In this document: positions 35,549 through 45,082 of the stretch, piece after piece | Numbering within the stretch: the first letter of the stretch is position 1 | Layout of the letters: the number at the start of each line of letters is the position of its first letter | DNA from: Escherichia coli | GTDB taxonomy: Bacteria; Pseudomonadota; Gammaproteobacteria; Enterobacterales; Enterobacteriaceae | Strand: one strand, 5' to 3' | Assembly: GCF_003334355.1 (NCBI RefSeq) | Contig: NZ_QOWP01000009.1 | Length of the DNA stretch: 64,000 nt | Translations under genes and position numbers: made by a program | The notes under the pieces: model-generated | Database searches by the model: none | What the model was told of the DNA's origin: nothing | Seen by the model: only the letters and a program-made list of their open reading frames with translations

Positions 35549-36723
35549 TTTGTGTGGTCCATAATATTTTTCATGGGAGGATAAATTGAGCCAGATGGAA
35601 TGGCCCAGGGAGTGATTTTGCTTTCACCTACTAATATTCCCTTAGCTATTCGTGATTGTATGTTAGTAAAAACTTTATGATATGGTTCGTTTTCGATTAA
35701 TACTAAATTTTCGAAATCATTAGTACCACCATCATCTAGAGATAGTTTATGGTGAACATTATAATTTAGAGGAACATTGCCCTTTCTCATTCTTAAAAGG
35801 TCTTCGGCGTTGAATCTTCCAGATGCTTCGGAGGTTTTTGCAAGTTTGATAAGAAAATTTTTTCTTACAGTTTTATTAAACTCCTTTCGTAAGTTAGCTA
35901 AGTCTTTTGAAGGTCTCTTAATGTATATTATTTCTATTATGTCTATACCATCAAGAAGTTTTTGTTGACCTCTAAGTTTGCCTAAGTAACTATTTATTTC
36001 TGTATATGTATCAACATTATAACGCTTTGTTAAAAGAATAGATGCTGTTGCTATCGCTATGCCCGCTGTTTTTTCATTTAGTATTTGATCATAGCCTTTT
36101 ATTGCATCTCCACCCAGTTTTTCCGCAGTATCTCTGAATCCTTCAATGTTCCCATTGTATACGCCACCAGCAGCAAGTAGCCTGCCAATAGCTTTGCTGT
36201 TTAACGTTTTGAAACGATTATTTGTTTGGTTTTTTGAATTTGGTAAAAACAAACGGTTATAATTTTCAGGGAGTGCCAAATAGCTGAACTCGGTATTTGC
36301 GATAAGATGTTGACAGAGGATAAATTCATAACTAATAGTTATTTTTTCTGTATCCAGTTGGTTTTCAATGATCTGGTGATGAATAGCCGATAAAAAAGCG
36401 CCTCTTAGTTGTATATAATAATACTTTTCCCATCTACCAAATCTATTTATTCGATAGAAGTCAAATCCCATAAATAATTGTTCATTATTGTTAATGGAAT
36501 TAATAAATAATGGAGTGCTTTTATCAATTAATTTACAAAATGTTATACCATGGAACTGTGAACCAAGCCCCGTATTATTAATATTATTTAAGAGTGAGAA
36601 TGTAAATGTTTCATCCTCATGCCCGCTCTGCCAACGATTACCTGTAGACTCAGAAGTCCCACAACCTGCGGAGATGCTTCCTTGTTGTTCTCCCGTTACT
36701 GTCAGGTAAACAATATTACTCAT
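35545..36723 (-). CDS. yhhZ: Hcp-domain protein fused to C-terminal HNH nuclease (Hcp-ET-like orphan T6SS effector)
   Basis: 392 aa ORF; N-terminal ~160 aa shows the Hcp pattern (MSNIVYLTVTGEQQGS...KLIDKSTPLF), C-terminus carries an HNH/beta-beta-alpha-Me motif (NYNVHHKLSLDDGGTNDFENLVLIENEPYH); markedly AT-rich versus flanking genes. Confidence 0.85.
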   Translation of the reverse strand: MSNIVYLTVTGEQQGSISAGCGTSESTGNRWQSGHEDETFTFSLLNNINNTGLGSQFHGITFCKLIDKSTPLFINSINNNEQLFMGFDFYRINRFGRWEKYYYIQLRGAFLSAIHHQIIENQLDTEKITISYEFILCQHLIANTEFSYLALPENYNRLFLPNSKNQTNNRFKTLNSKAIGRLLAAGGVYNGNIEGFRDTAEKLGGDAIKGYDQILNEKTAGIAIATASILLTKRYNVDTYTEINSYLGKLRGQQKLLDGIDIIEIIYIKRPSKDLANLRKEFNKTVRKNFLIKLAKTSEASGRFNAEDLLRMRKGNVPLNYNVHHKLSLDDGGTNDFENLVLIENEPYHKVFTNIQSRIAKGILVGESKITPWAIPSGSIYPPMKNIMDHTK

Positions 36724-36959
36724 CCCTGAAAAGTCCTTTTATGGCATGCTATTTTATCAATGGCACTATTATGCTTGTTAATTGTTATTTATTTACTCCA
36801 GGAAATTGTAGGCGTATATATTAAAAAATAAAATATTACACTTTAGGAAGTAATTATGAGGTAAATCTCAATATATTTATTGGGAAAATAAATACATTAA
36901 AGGAAGGTATGCCGATTTTGAATGACACCCTTTTCCCATCTCAGAAAAAGGGCACTATC

Positions 36960-37448
36960 TTACTTCACCCGCGCCATATAATACGCATCGACATATTCAC
37001 CATTACGCAATGCGTACTTCTTACCAGTCCCTTCAATTTCAAAGCCGTATTTTTTATAGACCTTAATTGCCGGGGCGTTATCGACAAACACGGTTAGTTC
37101 AATGCGATCTACCCGCAACCAGTTGTCGCACATTTCAATCATCTCTCGCATAAGGGCGCTGGCGACGCCGCGATTCTTCCAATGGGAGTCGACACAGATA
37201 CCAAAATCGGCAACATGACTGCGGCGTGGGCGCTGTTGCACGTCAATGGTGAGATGGCCCACGACGTCTCCATCAATACAGGCGACGAGTTGCTTGATGC
37301 CGGGACGATCGGCGAGTCGCTCCTGCCACATATAATCGGAAGGATGAGGCACTTGTAGCGTGTTGTAATACACCTCCGGCTGGGCGTGAATCTGCCTGAT
37401 GGCCTCGTAATCGCGCGTTTCAGCATGGCGTATCACTATCTCACTCAT
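36960..37448 (-). CDS. yhhY: GNAT-family N-acetyltransferase YhhY
   Basis: ORF track 36960..37526; start at internal Met (MSEIVIRHAETRDY..., codon complement 37446..37448) gives 162 aa; GNAT motifs. Confidence 0.85.
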   Translation of the reverse strand: MSEIVIRHAETRDYEAIRQIHAQPEVYYNTLQVPHPSDYMWQERLADRPGIKQLVACIDGDVVGHLTIDVQQRPRRSHVADFGICVDSHWKNRGVASALMREMIEMCDNWLRVDRIELTVFVDNAPAIKVYKKYGFEIEGTGKKYALRNGEYVDAYYMARVK

Positions 37449-37544
37449 TCCTTTGTCCTCTTTGGGGTAAATGTCCCTTTCAACATCATTGACTTTCGAA
37501 TGCGAGTCAAATGCATTTTTTTGCAAAAAGTGTTGGACAAGTGC

Positions 37545-37565
37545 GAATGAGAATGATTATTATTG
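37545..37565 (+). promoter_or_regulatory. Fur box in the ryhB promoter
   Basis: GAATGAGAATGATTATTATTG matches the Fur consensus GATAATGATAATCATTATC at about 13 of 16 aligned positions; ends just upstream of the ryhB 5' end. Confidence 0.65.
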
Positions 37566-37569
37566 TCTC

Positions 37570-37660
37570 GCGATCAGGAAGACCCTCGCGGAGAACCTGA
37601 AAGCACGACATTGCTCACATTGCTTCCAGTATTACTTAGCCAGCCGGGTGCTGGCTTTTT
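37570..37660 (+). ncRNA. ryhB: Iron-responsive small RNA RyhB
   Basis: GCGATCAGGAAGACCCTCGCGGAGAACCTGAAAGCACGACATTGCTCACATTGCTTCCAGTATTACTTAGCCAGCCGGGTGCTGGCTTTTTTTTT matches the RyhB sequence as I recall it; ends in hairpin GCCAGC-CGGGT-GCTGGC plus a T9 tract; lies between yhhY and yhhX. Confidence 0.9.
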
Positions 37661-37780
37661 TTTTGATCTTTCGTTCTCAATTTATCCACGGGAGTGCTTG
37701 TGTTCGTTATGCGCACTCCAGTAGGAACCACGTCCGCTTTGCGCTAAGGTGTAAATAACCACCTTAAAAAGGACGAAATC

Positions 37781-38818
37781 ATGGTCATCAACTGCGCCTT
37801 TATTGGCTTCGGCAAAAGCACCACCCGTTACCATCTGCCGTATGTACTTAACCGCAAGGATAGCTGGCATGTCGCGCATATTTTTCGTCGCCATGCGAAG
37901 CCGGAAGAACAGGCTCCCATTTATTCCCATATCCATTTCACCAGCGATCTCGACGAAGTACTAAACGATCCCGATGTTAAGCTGGTTGTTGTCTGCACCC
38001 ACGCGGACAGCCATTTCGAGTACGCGAAACGCGCGCTGGAAGCCGGGAAAAATGTGCTGGTCGAAAAACCGTTCACCCCGACGCTTGCCCAGGCGAAGGA
38101 GCTGTTTGCGTTGGCGAAAAGCAAAGGGCTGACCGTCACGCCGTATCAGAATCGTCGCTTTGACTCCTGCTTCCTGACAGCGAAAAAAGCGATTGAAAGT
38201 GGCAAGTTGGGAGAGATTGTTGAAGTGGAAAGCCATTTTGACTATTACCGCCCGGTCGCAGAAACCAAACCTGGGTTGCCGCAGGATGGCGCGTTCTATG
38301 GCCTTGGTGTGCATACGATGGACCAGATTATTTCTCTGTTCGGTCGCCCGGATCACGTCGCTTATGACATCCGCAGCCTGCGCAATAAAGCCAATCCTGA
38401 CGATACTTTCGAAGCGCAACTGTTTTATGGCGATCTAAAAGCCATCGTCAAAACCAGCCATCTGGTGAAAATCGATTATCCGAAATTTATCGTTCACGGT
38501 AAGAAAGGTTCGTTTATTAAATATGGTATCGACCAGCAGGAAACCAGCCTGAAGGCTAATATTATGCCGGGCGAACCGGGATTCTCAGCGGATGATTCGG
38601 TCGGTGTGCTGGAGTATGTCAATGACGAGGGCGTGACGGTCAGAGAAGAGATTAAGCCGGAGATGGGCGATTACGGGCGCGTTTATGATGCGTTGTATCA
38701 AACCATCACCCACGGTGCGCCAAATTACGTCAAGGAATCTGAAGTTCTTACGAATCTGGAAATCCTTGAACGCGGATTCGAGCAAGCCTCTCCCTCCACA
38801 GTGACTCTCGCGAAGTAA
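37781..38818 (+). CDS. yhhX: Gfo/Idh/MocA-family NAD(P)-dependent oxidoreductase YhhX
   Basis: 345 aa ORF with N-terminal Rossmann-like segment (INCAFIGFGKSTTRYH). Confidence 0.88.
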   Translation: MVINCAFIGFGKSTTRYHLPYVLNRKDSWHVAHIFRRHAKPEEQAPIYSHIHFTSDLDEVLNDPDVKLVVVCTHADSHFEYAKRALEAGKNVLVEKPFTPTLAQAKELFALAKSKGLTVTPYQNRRFDSCFLTAKKAIESGKLGEIVEVESHFDYYRPVAETKPGLPQDGAFYGLGVHTMDQIISLFGRPDHVAYDIRSLRNKANPDDTFEAQLFYGDLKAIVKTSHLVKIDYPKFIVHGKKGSFIKYGIDQQETSLKANIMPGEPGFSADDSVGVLEYVNDEGVTVREEIKPEMGDYGRVYDALYQTITHGAPNYVKESEVLTNLEILERGFEQASPSTVTLAK

Positions 38819-38940
38819 GTTTGATGGCCCCTCGAATAGTTCAATTTTTTTGAACAGAGGGGTCAATTTTCACCCTCTATCATCCCAGGCAGATCGGGTC
38901 CACACTAAGCCCATCGAAATCATTCAGGGGGCGAATACAA

Positions 38941-39636
38941 ATGATCTACTTACGCAAAGCAAATGAACGTGGTCATGCAAATCATGGCTGGCTGGACTCC
39001 TGGCATACTTTCTCTTTTGCCAACTATTACGATCCGAACTTTATGGGCTTCTCCGCGCTGCGCGTGATTAACGACGACGTGATTGAAGCAGGGCAGGGCT
39101 TCGGCACTCACCCACATAAAGATATGGAAATTTTGACCTACGTGCTGGAAGGTACTGTTGAGCACCAGGACAGCATGGGCAATAAAGAGCAGGTTCCGGC
39201 GGGTGAGTTCCAGATTATGAGTGCTGGTACGGGTATTCGTCACTCAGAGTACAACCCAAGCAGCACCGAGCGTCTGCATCTGTATCAGATCTGGATCATG
39301 CCTGAAGAAAACGGTATTACGCCGCGTTATGAACAGCGTCGCTTCGATGCCGTACAGGGCAAACAGCTGGTGCTCTCGCCGGATGCGCGAGATGGTTCAT
39401 TGAAAGTGCATCAGGATATGGAACTGTACCGCTGGGCGTTGCTGAAAGATGAGCAGTCGGTGCATCAGATTGCCGCTGAACGCCGCGTCTGGATCCAGGT
39501 GGTGAAAGGCAATGTCACCATTAACGGCGTGAAAGCCTCGACCAGCGATGGTCTGGCAATCTGGGATGAGCAGGCAATCTCCATCCATGCGGATAGCGAC
39601 AGCGAAGTGTTACTGTTCGATCTGCCGCCGGTTTAA
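38941..39636 (+). CDS. yhhW: Pirin-like quercetin 2,3-dioxygenase YhhW
   Basis: 231 aa ORF with cupin His motifs (GFGTHPHKDMEILTYVLEG). Confidence 0.88.
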   Translation: MIYLRKANERGHANHGWLDSWHTFSFANYYDPNFMGFSALRVINDDVIEAGQGFGTHPHKDMEILTYVLEGTVEHQDSMGNKEQVPAGEFQIMSAGTGIRHSEYNPSSTERLHLYQIWIMPEENGITPRYEQRRFDAVQGKQLVLSPDARDGSLKVHQDMELYRWALLKDEQSVHQIAAERRVWIQVVKGNVTINGVKASTSDGLAIWDEQAISIHADSDSEVLLFDLPPV

Positions 39637-39859
39637 AACTCAACGGCATCTTTGAAGCCTGCCTTTTTGCAGGCTTCCTCGCTCGCTCCGGTCGCGTGCT
39701 GATGTACGCTTCCGGGGTTTTGCCGCGTCGTTAGCACAATGCGATGCAATTGATTTAGTGTATATCTAATAATTGTAAACAAGCACTGTTTTCCCCGGGA
39801 AGGTTCTGATGTGTCCGTGTTAAACTAAGAGAATCTATCTCTTTTGTACCTTCAGGACG

Positions 39860-40855
39860 ATGAAAAAGAAAAGACCCGTACTTCAGGATGTGGCTGACCG
39901 TGTAGGCGTGACCAAAATGACGGTCAGCCGTTTTTTACGCAACCCGGAGCAGGTTTCCGTCGCTCTACGCGGCAAGATTGCCGCGGCTCTTGATGAACTG
40001 GGCTATATTCCCAATCGTGCGCCCGATATCCTCTCTAACGCCACCAGCCGGGCGATTGGCGTCCTGTTACCTTCTCTCACCAACCAGGTTTTCGCGGAAG
40101 TATTACGCGGAATCGAAAGCGTCACCGACGCGCACGGTTATCAGACCATGCTGGCGCACTACGGTTATAAACCGGAAATGGAGCAAGAACGCCTCGAATC
40201 CATGCTCTCCTGGAATATCGACGGCCTGATCCTCACCGAACGTACCCACACGCCGCGCACCTTAAAGATGATTGAAGTGGCGGGTATTCCCGTGGTGGAA
40301 CTGATGGACAGCAAGTCGCCATGCCTTGATATCGCCGTCGGTTTTGATAACTTTGAAGCAGCACGCCAGATGACCACTGCCATTATTGCTCGCGGGCATC
40401 GCCACATTGCCTATCTCGGCGCACGTCTCGACGAACGTACTATCATCAAACAGAAGGGATACGAACAGGCGATGCTGGATGCAGGCCTGGTGCCATATAG
40501 CGTGATGGTTGAGCAATCTTCTTCTTACTCTTCCGGTATTGAACTGATTCGCCAGGCGCGGCGGGAATATCCGCAGCTGGATGGCGTGTTCTGTACGAAT
40601 GATGACCTGGCGGTCGGCGCGGCGTTTGAATGTCAGCGTCTGGGGTTAAAAGTTCCTGACGATATGGCGATTGCCGGTTTCCACGGTCATGACATTGGTC
40701 AGGTGATGGAGCCACGACTTGCGAGCGTGCTGACGCCGCGTGAGCGGATGGGCAGTATTGGCGCTGAACGCCTGCTGGCGCGTATTCGTGGCGAATCTGT
40801 GACACCGAAAATGTTAGATTTAGGTTTCACCTTGTCACCGGGCGGATCTATTTAA
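39860..40855 (+). CDS. gntR: Gluconate repressor GntR (LacI family)
   Basis: 331 aa ORF with N-terminal HTH (LQDVADRVGVTKMTVSRFL) and periplasmic-binding-like fold. Confidence 0.93.
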   Translation: MKKKRPVLQDVADRVGVTKMTVSRFLRNPEQVSVALRGKIAAALDELGYIPNRAPDILSNATSRAIGVLLPSLTNQVFAEVLRGIESVTDAHGYQTMLAHYGYKPEMEQERLESMLSWNIDGLILTERTHTPRTLKMIEVAGIPVVELMDSKSPCLDIAVGFDNFEAARQMTTAIIARGHRHIAYLGARLDERTIIKQKGYEQAMLDAGLVPYSVMVEQSSSYSSGIELIRQARREYPQLDGVFCTNDDLAVGAAFECQRLGLKVPDDMAIAGFHGHDIGQVMEPRLASVLTPRERMGSIGAERLLARIRGESVTPKMLDLGFTLSPGGSI

Positions 40856-40934
40856 GCCCACAAATTTGAAGTAGCTCACACTTATACACTTAAGGCATGG
40901 ATGGATATTGCTTCTGATATTGTCCGGCTGGACA

Positions 40935-40963
40935 ATGTTACCGATAACAGTTACCCGTAACAT
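40935..40963 (+). promoter_or_regulatory. Candidate GntR operator upstream of gntK
   Basis: ATGTTACCGATAACAGTTACCCGTAACAT contains overlapping ATGTTAC...GTAACAT palindromic half-sites, 30-60 bp upstream of gntK. Confidence 0.5.
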
Positions 40964-40993
40964 TTTTAATTCTTGTATTGTGGGGGCACCACT

Positions 40994-41521
40994 TTGAGCA
41001 CGACTAACCATGATCACCACATTTACGTCTTGATGGGCGTATCGGGCAGCGGCAAATCTGCGGTCGCCAGTGAAGTGGCGCATCAACTTCATGCCGCGTT
41101 TCTTGATGGCGATTTCCTCCATCCACGGCGCAATATCGAAAAAATGGCGTCTGGCGAACCACTGAATGACGACGATCGCAAACCGTGGTTGCAGGCGCTG
41201 AACGACGCCGCGTTTGCTATGCAGCGCACTAATAAAGTGTCGCTGATCGTCTGTTCTGCATTGAAAAAACACTATCGCGACTTGCTGCGTGAAGGTAATC
41301 CGAATCTCTCTTTCATCTATTTGAAAGGCGATTTTGATGTGATTGAAAGCCGCCTGAAAGCGCGCAAAGGCCATTTCTTTAAAACCCAAATGTTGGTGAC
41401 GCAGTTTGAAACGCTGCAGGAGCCGGGTGCGGACGAAACCGATGTACTGGTGGTGGATATCGATCAACCGCTGGAAGGTGTTGTGGCAAGCACCATTGAG
41501 GTTATTAAAAAAGGCAAATAA
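40994..41521 (+). CDS. gntK: Thermoresistant gluconokinase GntK
   Basis: ORF track 40973..41521; protein matches the 175-aa GntK if started at in-frame TTG 40994 (STTNHDHHIYVLMGVSGSGKS, P-loop); ATG 40973 is an alternative start. Confidence 0.85.
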   Translation: MSTTNHDHHIYVLMGVSGSGKSAVASEVAHQLHAAFLDGDFLHPRRNIEKMASGEPLNDDDRKPWLQALNDAAFAMQRTNKVSLIVCSALKKHYRDLLREGNPNLSFIYLKGDFDVIESRLKARKGHFFKTQMLVTQFETLQEPGADETDVLVVDIDQPLEGVVASTIEVIKKGK

Positions 41522-41524
41522 GTA

Positions 41525-42865
41525 GTGACTACATTAACGCTTGTTTTAACAGCAGTAGGGTCTGTTTTACTGCTGCTGTTTTTAGTCATGAAGGCGCGTA
41601 TGCACGCTTTCCTGGCTTTAATGGTGGTGTCCATGGGGGCTGGCCTTTTTTCCGGTATGCCGCTCGATAAAATCGCAGCGACGATGGAAAAAGGGATGGG
41701 AGGCACCCTCGGCTTCCTGGCGGTGGTTGTCGCCCTGGGAGCTATGTTTGGCAAGATCTTACATGAAACCGGCGCAGTCGATCAGATTGCCGTCAAAATG
41801 CTCAAATCCTTCGGTCACAGCCGCGCGCATTATGCCATCGGCCTTGCGGGGCTGGTCTGTGCGCTACCGCTGTTCTTTGAAGTGGCGATTGTTCTGCTGA
41901 TTAGCGTTGCTTTCTCAATGGCGCGCCACACCGGTACGAACCTGGTGAAGCTGGTAATCCCATTATTCGCAGGCGTGGCGGCAGCGGCGGCGTTCCTGGT
42001 GCCAGGGCCAGCGCCAATGCTGCTGGCATCGCAGATGAACGCCGATTTTGGCTGGATGATCCTGATTGGCCTGTGTGCGGCAATTCCGGGAATGATTATT
42101 GCCGGGCCGCTGTGGGGTAATTTCATCAGCCGTTACGTGGAGTTGCATATTCCTGACGACATCAGCGAACCGCATCTCGGCGAAGGCAAAATGCCGTCCT
42201 TCGGATTCAGCCTGTCGCTGATCCTGTTGCCGCTGGTGCTGGTGGGGCTGAAAACCATTGCCGCGCGTTTTGTGCCAGAAGGCTCTACCGCTTACGAATG
42301 GTTCGAGTTTATTGGTCATCCGTTTACCGCGATTCTGGTTGCTTGTCTGGTGGCGATTTATGGCCTGGCGATGCGTCAGGGCATGCCAAAAGACAAAGTG
42401 ATGGAGATTTGCGGTCACGCGCTGCAACCGGCGGGGATCATTCTGCTGGTGATTGGTGCGGGCGGCGTGTTCAAACAGGTGCTGGTTGACTCTGGCGTAG
42501 GTCCGGCACTGGGCGAAGCGTTAACCGGCATGGGCCTGCCGATTGCTATCACCTGCTTCGTGCTGGCCGCTGCAGTGCGCATCATTCAGGGGTCTGCCAC
42601 CGTAGCCTGTTTAACGGCGGTGGGACTGGTGATGCCAGTCATTGAACAACTGAACTACTCTGGTGCGCAAATGGCGGCACTGTCGATTTGTATCGCTGGT
42701 GGTTCGATTGTTGTCAGCCACGTTAACGACGCTGGTTTCTGGTTGTTCGGTAAATTTACCGGCGCGACCGAAGCCGAAACGCTGAAAACCTGGACCATGA
42801 TGGAAACCATTCTCGGCACTGTCGGTGCCATCGTTGGGATGATTGCGTTCCAGCTGTTGAGTTAA
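41525..42865 (+). CDS. gntU: Low-affinity gluconate transporter GntU
   Basis: 446 aa polytopic GntP-family ORF. Confidence 0.92.
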   Translation: MTTLTLVLTAVGSVLLLLFLVMKARMHAFLALMVVSMGAGLFSGMPLDKIAATMEKGMGGTLGFLAVVVALGAMFGKILHETGAVDQIAVKMLKSFGHSRAHYAIGLAGLVCALPLFFEVAIVLLISVAFSMARHTGTNLVKLVIPLFAGVAAAAAFLVPGPAPMLLASQMNADFGWMILIGLCAAIPGMIIAGPLWGNFISRYVELHIPDDISEPHLGEGKMPSFGFSLSLILLPLVLVGLKTIAARFVPEGSTAYEWFEFIGHPFTAILVACLVAIYGLAMRQGMPKDKVMEICGHALQPAGIILLVIGAGGVFKQVLVDSGVGPALGEALTGMGLPIAITCFVLAAAVRIIQGSATVACLTAVGLVMPVIEQLNYSGAQMAALSICIAGGSIVVSHVNDAGFWLFGKFTGATEAETLKTWTMMETILGTVGAIVGMIAFQLLS

Positions 42866-42874
42866 GTTTGTTCG

Positions 42875-42905
42875 CCCGGTAGTTGTGACGCTACCGGGTT
42901 CTTTT
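42875..42905. terminator. Terminator hairpin after gntU
   Basis: CCCGGTAG-TTGTGACG-CTACCGGG followed by TTCTTTT; between convergent gntU and yhgN. Confidence 0.65.
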
Positions 42906-42921
42906 CGAAAAACTCTCCTCG

Positions 42922-43515
42922 TTACCCCTTCATCCACATTCGAATGCCGTCGAGGAACATCTGGGTTGCCATCATCACCAGAATCAATCCCATCAGGCGT
43001 TCAAGTGCGTTCACCCCTTTCTCGCCCAGCAGACGTAAAAATAGCGAAGACTGTAGCAGGATGACAAAGGTGCCGCCCCAGGCCAGCAGCAGAGCAATCA
43101 CCAGATGCCCCATCTGATTCGGGTACTGATGAGACAACAACATCAGCGTGGCGAGAATAGTCGGCCCGGCGACTAACGGAATTGCCAACGGCACGATAAA
43201 TGGCTCTTCACCTGCAGGAAGCCCGCTGCTATTTCCTGAAGCGCTGGGGAAAATCATCTTAATGGCGATCAGAAACAGAATGATGCCGCCAGAAATGGAG
43301 ACGGTTTCTGCTCGCAGGCTGAGAAATGCCAGAATTTTCTCACCCGCAAACAGGAACACCAGCATCACCAGGAGAGCAATAAGCAACTCTCGCACCATGA
43401 TTGCCCGCCGTCTTTTCGGTTCAGTATGTTTCAGTACGGACATGAAAATAGGCAGGTTTCCGAGCGGATCCATAATCAGGATCAATAAAACTGCTGCAGA
43501 AATGATTTCATTCAT
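42922..43515 (-). CDS. yhgN: MarC-family inner membrane protein YhgN
   Basis: 197 aa polytopic ORF; synteny. Confidence 0.88.
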   Translation of the reverse strand: MNEIISAAVLLILIMDPLGNLPIFMSVLKHTEPKRRRAIMVRELLIALLVMLVFLFAGEKILAFLSLRAETVSISGGIILFLIAIKMIFPSASGNSSGLPAGEEPFIVPLAIPLVAGPTILATLMLLSHQYPNQMGHLVIALLLAWGGTFVILLQSSLFLRLLGEKGVNALERLMGLILVMMATQMFLDGIRMWMKG

Positions 43516-43706
43516 AACTCAAATTCCCTGATAATTGCCGCGGACTTTCTGCGTGCTAACAAAGCAGGATAAGTCGCATTACTGATGGCTTCGCTATCAT
43601 TGATTAATTTCACTTGCGACTTTGGCTGCTTTTTGTATGGTGAAAGATGTGCCAAGAGGAGACCGGCACATTTATACAGCACACATCTTTGCAGGAAAAA
43701 ACGCTT

Positions 43707-44810
43707 ATGAAAAATGTTGGTTTTATCGGCTGGCGCGGTATGGTCGGCTCCGTTCTCATGCAACGCATGGTTGAAGAGCGCGACTTCGACGCCATTCGCC
43801 CTGTCTTCTTTTCTACTTCTCAGCTTGGCCAGGCTGCGCCGTCTTTTGGCGGAACCACTGGCACACTTCAGGATGCCTTTGATCTGGAGGCGCTAAAGGC
43901 CCTCGATATTATTGTGACCTGTCAGGGCGGCGATTATACCAACGAAATCTATCCAAAGCTTCGTGAAAGCGGATGGCAAGGTTACTGGATTGACGCAGCA
44001 TCGTCTCTGCGCATGAAAGATGACGCCATCATCATTCTTGACCCCGTCAATCAGGACGTCATTACCGACGGATTAAATAATGGCATCAGGACTTTTGTTG
44101 GCGGTAACTGTACCGTAAGCCTGATGTTGATGTCGTTGGGTGGTTTATTCGCCAATGATCTTGTTGATTGGGTGTCCGTTGCAACCTACCAGGCCGCTTC
44201 CGGCGGTGGTGCGCGACATATGCGTGAGTTATTAACCCAGATGGGCCATCTGTATGGCCATGTGGCAGATGAACTCGCGACCCCGTCCTCTGCTATTCTC
44301 GATATCGAACGCAAAGTCACAACCTTAACCCGTAGCGGTGAGCTGCCGGTGGATAACTTTGGCGTGCCGCTGGCGGGTAGCCTGATTCCGTGGATCGACA
44401 AACAGCTCGATAACGGTCAGAGCCGCGAAGAGTGGAAAGGGCAGGCGGAAACCAACAAGATCCTCAACACATCTTCCGTAATTCCGGTAGATGGTTTATG
44501 TGTGCGTGTCGGGGCATTGCGCTGCCACAGCCAGGCATTCACTATTAAATTGAAAAAAGATGTGTCTATTCCGACCGTGGAAGAACTGCTGGCTGCGCAC
44601 AATCCGTGGGCGAAAGTCGTTCCGAACGATCGGGAAATCACTATGCGTGAGCTAACCCCAGCTGCCGTTACCGGCACGCTGACCACGCCGGTAGGCCGCC
44701 TGCGTAAGCTGAATATGGGACCAGAGTTCCTGTCAGCCTTTACAGTGGGCGACCAGCTGCTGTGGGGGGCCGCGGAGCCGCTGCGTCGGATGCTTCGTCA
44801 ACTGGCGTAA
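43707..44810 (+). CDS. asd: Aspartate-semialdehyde dehydrogenase
   Basis: ORF track 43647..44810; start at ATG 43707 ([17 protein letters not shown]...) gives 367 aa; catalytic-Cys context (GGNCTVSLM). Confidence 0.94.
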
Positions 44811-45082
44811 TCTTTATTCATTAAATCTGGGGCGCGATGCCGCCCCTGTTAGTGCGTAATACAGGAGTAAGCGCAGATGTTTCATGATTTACCGGGAGTT
44901 AAATAGAGCATTGGCTATTCTTTAAGGGTGGCTGAATACATGAGTATTCACAGCCTTACCTGAAGTGAGGACGACGCAGAGAGGATGCACAGAGTGCTGC
45001 GCCGTTCAGGTCAAAAAAATGTCACAACCAGAAGTCAAAAATCCAATTGGATGGGGTGACACAATAAAACAGGAAGACAAGC

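Noticed and set aside
39654-39677. Perfect 9-bp stem hairpin (GAAGCCTGC-CTTTTT-GCAGGCTTC) after yhhW
   Set aside because: Plausible yhhW terminator, but no U-tract follows on either strand, so it is not listed as a confident terminator.
40835-41467. 210-aa minus-strand ORF spanning gntK
   Set aside because: Antisense to gntK with its conserved P-loop; shadow ORF.
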